Assembly (NCBI RefSeq): GCF_009914755.1
Contig: NC_060944.1
Source of the DNA: the human T2T-CHM13v2.0 reference genome, Homo sapiens
Reading direction: 5' to 3' (one strand)
DNA length: 64,000 nt
Positions 59,751 through 64,000 of the stretch are shown here, piece after piece (the first letter of the stretch is position 1; each line of letters starts with the position of its first letter). The notes beneath the pieces were generated by a model. The model did not search any database, was not told where the DNA came from, and was given only the letters and a program-made list of their open reading frames with translations. Made by a program: the position numbers and the translations under genes.

Positions 59751-60120
59751 CTGTGGGGACATGCAGGTTGTGGGGCTGAGGCCTCCTGGGCGTTCCCCAT
59801 CTGGCCTGAGAATGCCCACCTACTCCTTCACAGCTGGCTCAGGGCCCTTCCGGCCTCCTGCCTGCCTGGACTTTCCTGGCTGCATCCAGTCCTGCTAGGA
59901 GAGTCGAATCAGACTGCCCTGCCTGTCCTCTCCCACTGCTGCCACCTCCAGGCCCTGGCATGTCCTCCTTGTAACTGCATCCAGCTACTCAGTGCCCCTC
60001 CTTGCACACCCCTCCCCCCATCTTGGGTGGTCATCCTGCCTCTGCAGCACATCCCTGCAGCCCCTGTGGCTAGACACTCTCCAAGGCCAGGACTGCAGTG
60101 ATTGGCTCTCATCATCTCAC

Positions 60121-60169
60121 CTGTTATAGTCCCCTCAGCCAGCAGGTCCTGGATGCGATTTATGGTGTC
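60121..60169 (-). CDS. DDRGK1: DDRGK1 penultimate coding exon (49 nt, DTINRIQDLLAEGTIT-G)
   Basis: ctcctcatag|GAC...ACAG|gtgaga; its phase-1 end matches the start of the last exon. Confidence 0.93.
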
Positions 60170-60695
60170 CTATGAGGAGAACAACTCTCAGAATAGAGAT
60201 AGGCACCAATGTCCCCAGAAAAAGCACTGAAACCTCCCTCCCACTACAGCCAAATCTCTTTATTTCCCTCTCATGCCACGCCCAAATGTGACTCTGTGCT
60301 TTGCCTTTGGAAGGGCCCTGGGTAGAAGGGGCTCTGGTCCTGGGCCCTGCAAGACCCCCAAAAGAGTATCTCTTCCTGTTAGAAGCGGGGCAGTGATGTT
60401 TGCAACACAGGCTGGTGCAGTCTGTGCATGAGAGTTGTCAAGGTAACTGATTTGGGCTGCTTTGGTCACAGGGGCTGGCAGAGTGATGGGGTTTGGGTTT
60501 TTTTTTTCTTTCCTGCCTGTTCGTCCATTACAAATGCAGGATTCCCAGGGTGCCAGGAGACTTCTGTGCACTACTCACTCTTGGTTGGGGACAAGGTAGA
60601 CGGTGCATCAAGACTCTATCTTTAGGGCAGGTCCTCTCTGCTAGCCACAGACCCCTGGCCACACTGCACACAGCAGGCCACGTTCCAGGGCTTAC

Positions 60696-60752
60696 CTGAG
60701 TGCGTAGGCCCACCTGGGAAGCCAGGTCTTCCAAGAGCACAACCTTGGACTG
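60696..60752 (-). CDS. DDRGK1: DDRGK1 coding exon (57 nt, QSKVVLLEDLASQVGLRTQ)
   Basis: Long pyrimidine tract then ttttgtag|CAG...CAG|gtaagc; in frame with both neighbouring exons. Confidence 0.93.
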
Positions 60753-60902
60753 CTACAAAAAGAAGGAGGAAAAGAAAGAGAGGCTGAGCTTGGGCAAATC
60801 CCTCTAAGCATGGGCACCCTCCAGGTTTGCATTCTGATCTGATCTGTTCTCGGTGGCTGGAAAAACACGGTACACACTCCTGTAGGACAGCCTTGCTCCC
60901 CT

Positions 60903-60903
<1 letters not shown>

Positions 60904-60943
<40 letters not shown>
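60904..60943 (+). repeat. (AC)20 microsatellite in a DDRGK1 intron
   Basis: Perfect dinucleotide run. Confidence 0.95.
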
Positions 60944-60945
<2 letters not shown>

Positions 60946-62019
60946 TCACCCATTGACAGAGACCCGCACAATCATAAACCCTCTCATTCCCCTTCTTGCG
61001 AGGAAGGAATCTACCCAAAACAACCACCTGCCTCATGGGCCCTGTCCTGGACTCCGAGACACACATGAGTGGTAATCAGAGCACAGCAGCCACCATCCTC
61101 TGCATCCAGCCATCTCTTTTTAACATCATGGACAAGTTCAAGGGGACGCACCATAGGGAGGAAGGAGGCGGTGAGAGTCACCAAAAGCTATTTTAAATAA
61201 CTGTCACCAGGACTTATGCTTGCTGAGGACCTACTAGAACAAGGCCCTGAGAAGGTAGGAGGGACACATGCTGAACAAGCCATAGTCCCCGCCCTGGAGC
61301 TCGCAGTCCGGCTGGTGAGACAGGTGAGTACATGGACAAGAGGGAGAGCAGATAAAAGCCCGAGCAAGCCAAGGTCTCTCAGTAGAGGCTGTGGGGGCCC
61401 ACTCCTGCCTTGCCTTCGCTGGCCGCCCCACTGGCCTGGTCCCCCACAACCTGACACACCCACACTTTTTATCCATCCTCTTTATACCATCTGAGGCACT
61501 GAGCCCACCCTTGAAATCACTGTCACTAATACCGCTGAGTGCTTTCCAGCACAGCCACGTTCTGTGCTCCAAGTGCTTCTTCATACCCTCAGTAGAAACC
61601 TGAGTTCCCAAGGGCGCAGCGAAGGGTCCACCGCTGTGTCCACACAGGCACCTGCCCCCACTACCCCAACACACAGCACAGGACTTGAGAAAAGGCAGTT
61701 CTTTTGCATTTCTGTGAATCCTCCACCGCAAATGAGCTGGGGGAGGACTGACATGGTGACACCTCCCTGACTGCAGATAGCATGTGACTTGTTTGAAATG
61801 CCAAAGCCGTATGTACAAGCAAGAAGGCAAGCGAGAGGCAGCTGGGTCAGGATGGGCAAGGACAAAGTGACGTGGTCAGCTGGCCTCTACCTACAAAACA
61901 GGGATCAGGCAGCGGGCTCTCAGTGACAGTGTGGTGCGAGAACATGAAGTCACCCCAGGTGCTCCCTGATGACCTGGCCTGAGGTGCTGCTGGGGCCAAA
62001 ACACGTTTGATAAAACAAG

Positions 62020-62609
<590 letters not shown>

Positions 62610-63770
62610 ACAAGCTGGAAAAACTTCTAAGCTCCAAAAGAGTTTGGAGAACTCCCAGAGAATAGTTACCTCCAGGGAGCCACCAAAAGTGAGGGCTAGA
62701 ACTGGGGACCTTTCTTCTGGTTTCTGCAGAGTAAAGGGGGATGTTGAAGCTGACCCCCTCCTCTAATTCCACCTGGGAAGGCTTCCTGGGGAGGGGCTTC
62801 AGGACCATCTTACTGCCTACTGGGTAGGTGGGGACAAGTTCCAAACAGCAGCAGGCAAGTGTGAGAAATAACCTGCCCGGCCACAGCCCCTAATCAAGTG
62901 TGCCAGGGTAGAGAGAGGGCTCCATGAGAGGGGAGTGCACACAGCCTGAACAGACAGGACCCTCTCAAAGCTGCCAGCATTTCCCCCACTTAAGAACCCC
63001 AGACTCAAGGCTGTGAGCCCAGCCCCTCGCTGCTGGCAGGCGTCTAAACCCTGCTCTCTTTCAGGAGAGGTGGCGGGAGGATTATGCAAGCCCTGGGTCC
63101 TTGGCAGCCCCTGGTAGCACCCCCACCACCGCCCCCGCTCCCTCTGCACTCCTTCCCTCAGCCGCCTCTGCACCTCTGAGTTGCACTTCAAAACCTCTCC
63201 CCTCATGGCATCCTTCGTGGGAGAGAAGTTGCTTAGCAGCAAAGCAAAGTAGGATGTGCTTATGCAACCTGGAGCAGCATCGAGGCGGCCTGCGCAGTGG
63301 CTGCGGACAGAAGGGGACACACTGCCGCCCCACCCTAAACTCCAAAGGAAACACCATCCTGTTCCCCCTGAAAGACCCAAGTTCCCAGTCAGGAGCACAT
63401 GGCAGAGGATGCTTGTTTCAACTCAGTGGAGCCTCAGTGTGACAGAACTGACAGAAAACACATGTGAAGAGACTTGAAAACACACTGACTCACTGAGCGT
63501 GGGGTCTGAAGAGCAGGGAAACTGTCAAACTGAGTGTGAGGAAGTGATCAAAGGTTTGCGCCTCCCACACAGACCCAGGTCCTTCTCCACCTTCGGGGTT
63601 GGAGGGAGAGAAACTCTCCTGGCCAGGACCCTGCGGCTCTGCCCCTCTGGGCCCCCCTGTCCACTCCTGCATGAGCCTGAATGCCCTGCCTGCAGCCCCC
63701 GCTGGAGGCATCCAACCTGCACATGCCAGGCAGGGAGCTGACACTCAGGCTCTGTTCAGTGGCTTCTTAC

Positions 63771-63809
63771 CTTGATGTAGTTGATGAACTCTGTCAGGAA
63801 GCTCTGGGA
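63771..63809 (-). CDS. DDRGK1: DDRGK1 coding exon (39 nt, SQSFLTEFINYIK); upstream exons lie beyond the window
   Basis: tgcttctctag|TCC...AAG|gtaaga; phase 0 at both ends. Confidence 0.92.
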
Positions 63810-64000
63810 CTAGAGAAGCAGAGAAATCAGGGTGAGCACCCCCTAGCAAGGCCACAGGGTTCTGTACCCATTCACCCAAGTACCACCTGCTCACTTGAGG
63901 GCCACCTGCCTGCAGCCTGCCTTTGGCCCGCCCAACCACCTGCACATACCGCTTGCCTACACAAGCAGCAGAGCCTTCCAGGGTGAGAATTTCGGAGGCA

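Overview
Primate genomic DNA, almost certainly human chr20p13 (recognised from the encoded proteins and gene order), not a prokaryotic window. Four protein-coding genes lie head-to-tail on the minus strand: the last four coding exons of DDRGK1/UFBP1 (59584-63809), the complete LZTS3/ProSAPiP1 gene (673-aa CDS in three exons, 33359-36068, plus 5' exons and two CpG islands), and a CpG-island first exon (donor at 28666) shared by UBOX5 and FASTKD5, whose intronless 764-aa CDS (15676-17970) is nested in UBOX5 intron 1. No UBOX5 coding exon is in the window. The rest is very Alu-dense, with L1 relics, MaLR/ERVL LTRs, hAT and Tigger MITEs, MIRs and microsatellites. Most entries in the supplied ORF track are Alu-derived or GC-rich shadow ORFs. 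I found no new multi-gene system. The best leads are RNA-processing switches: (1) a GC-AG donor in LZTS3 exon 2 that makes one ATG start either a 30-aa N-terminal extension or a uORF; (2) a dense UGUA cluster at the FASTKD5 intronic poly(A) site; (3) a uORF specific to the FASTKD5 exon; (4) an antisense terminal exon; (5) a NAGNAG acceptor and an intronic UPRE in DDRGK1. Repeat family names come from recognising consensus sequences by eye and their boundaries are approximate.
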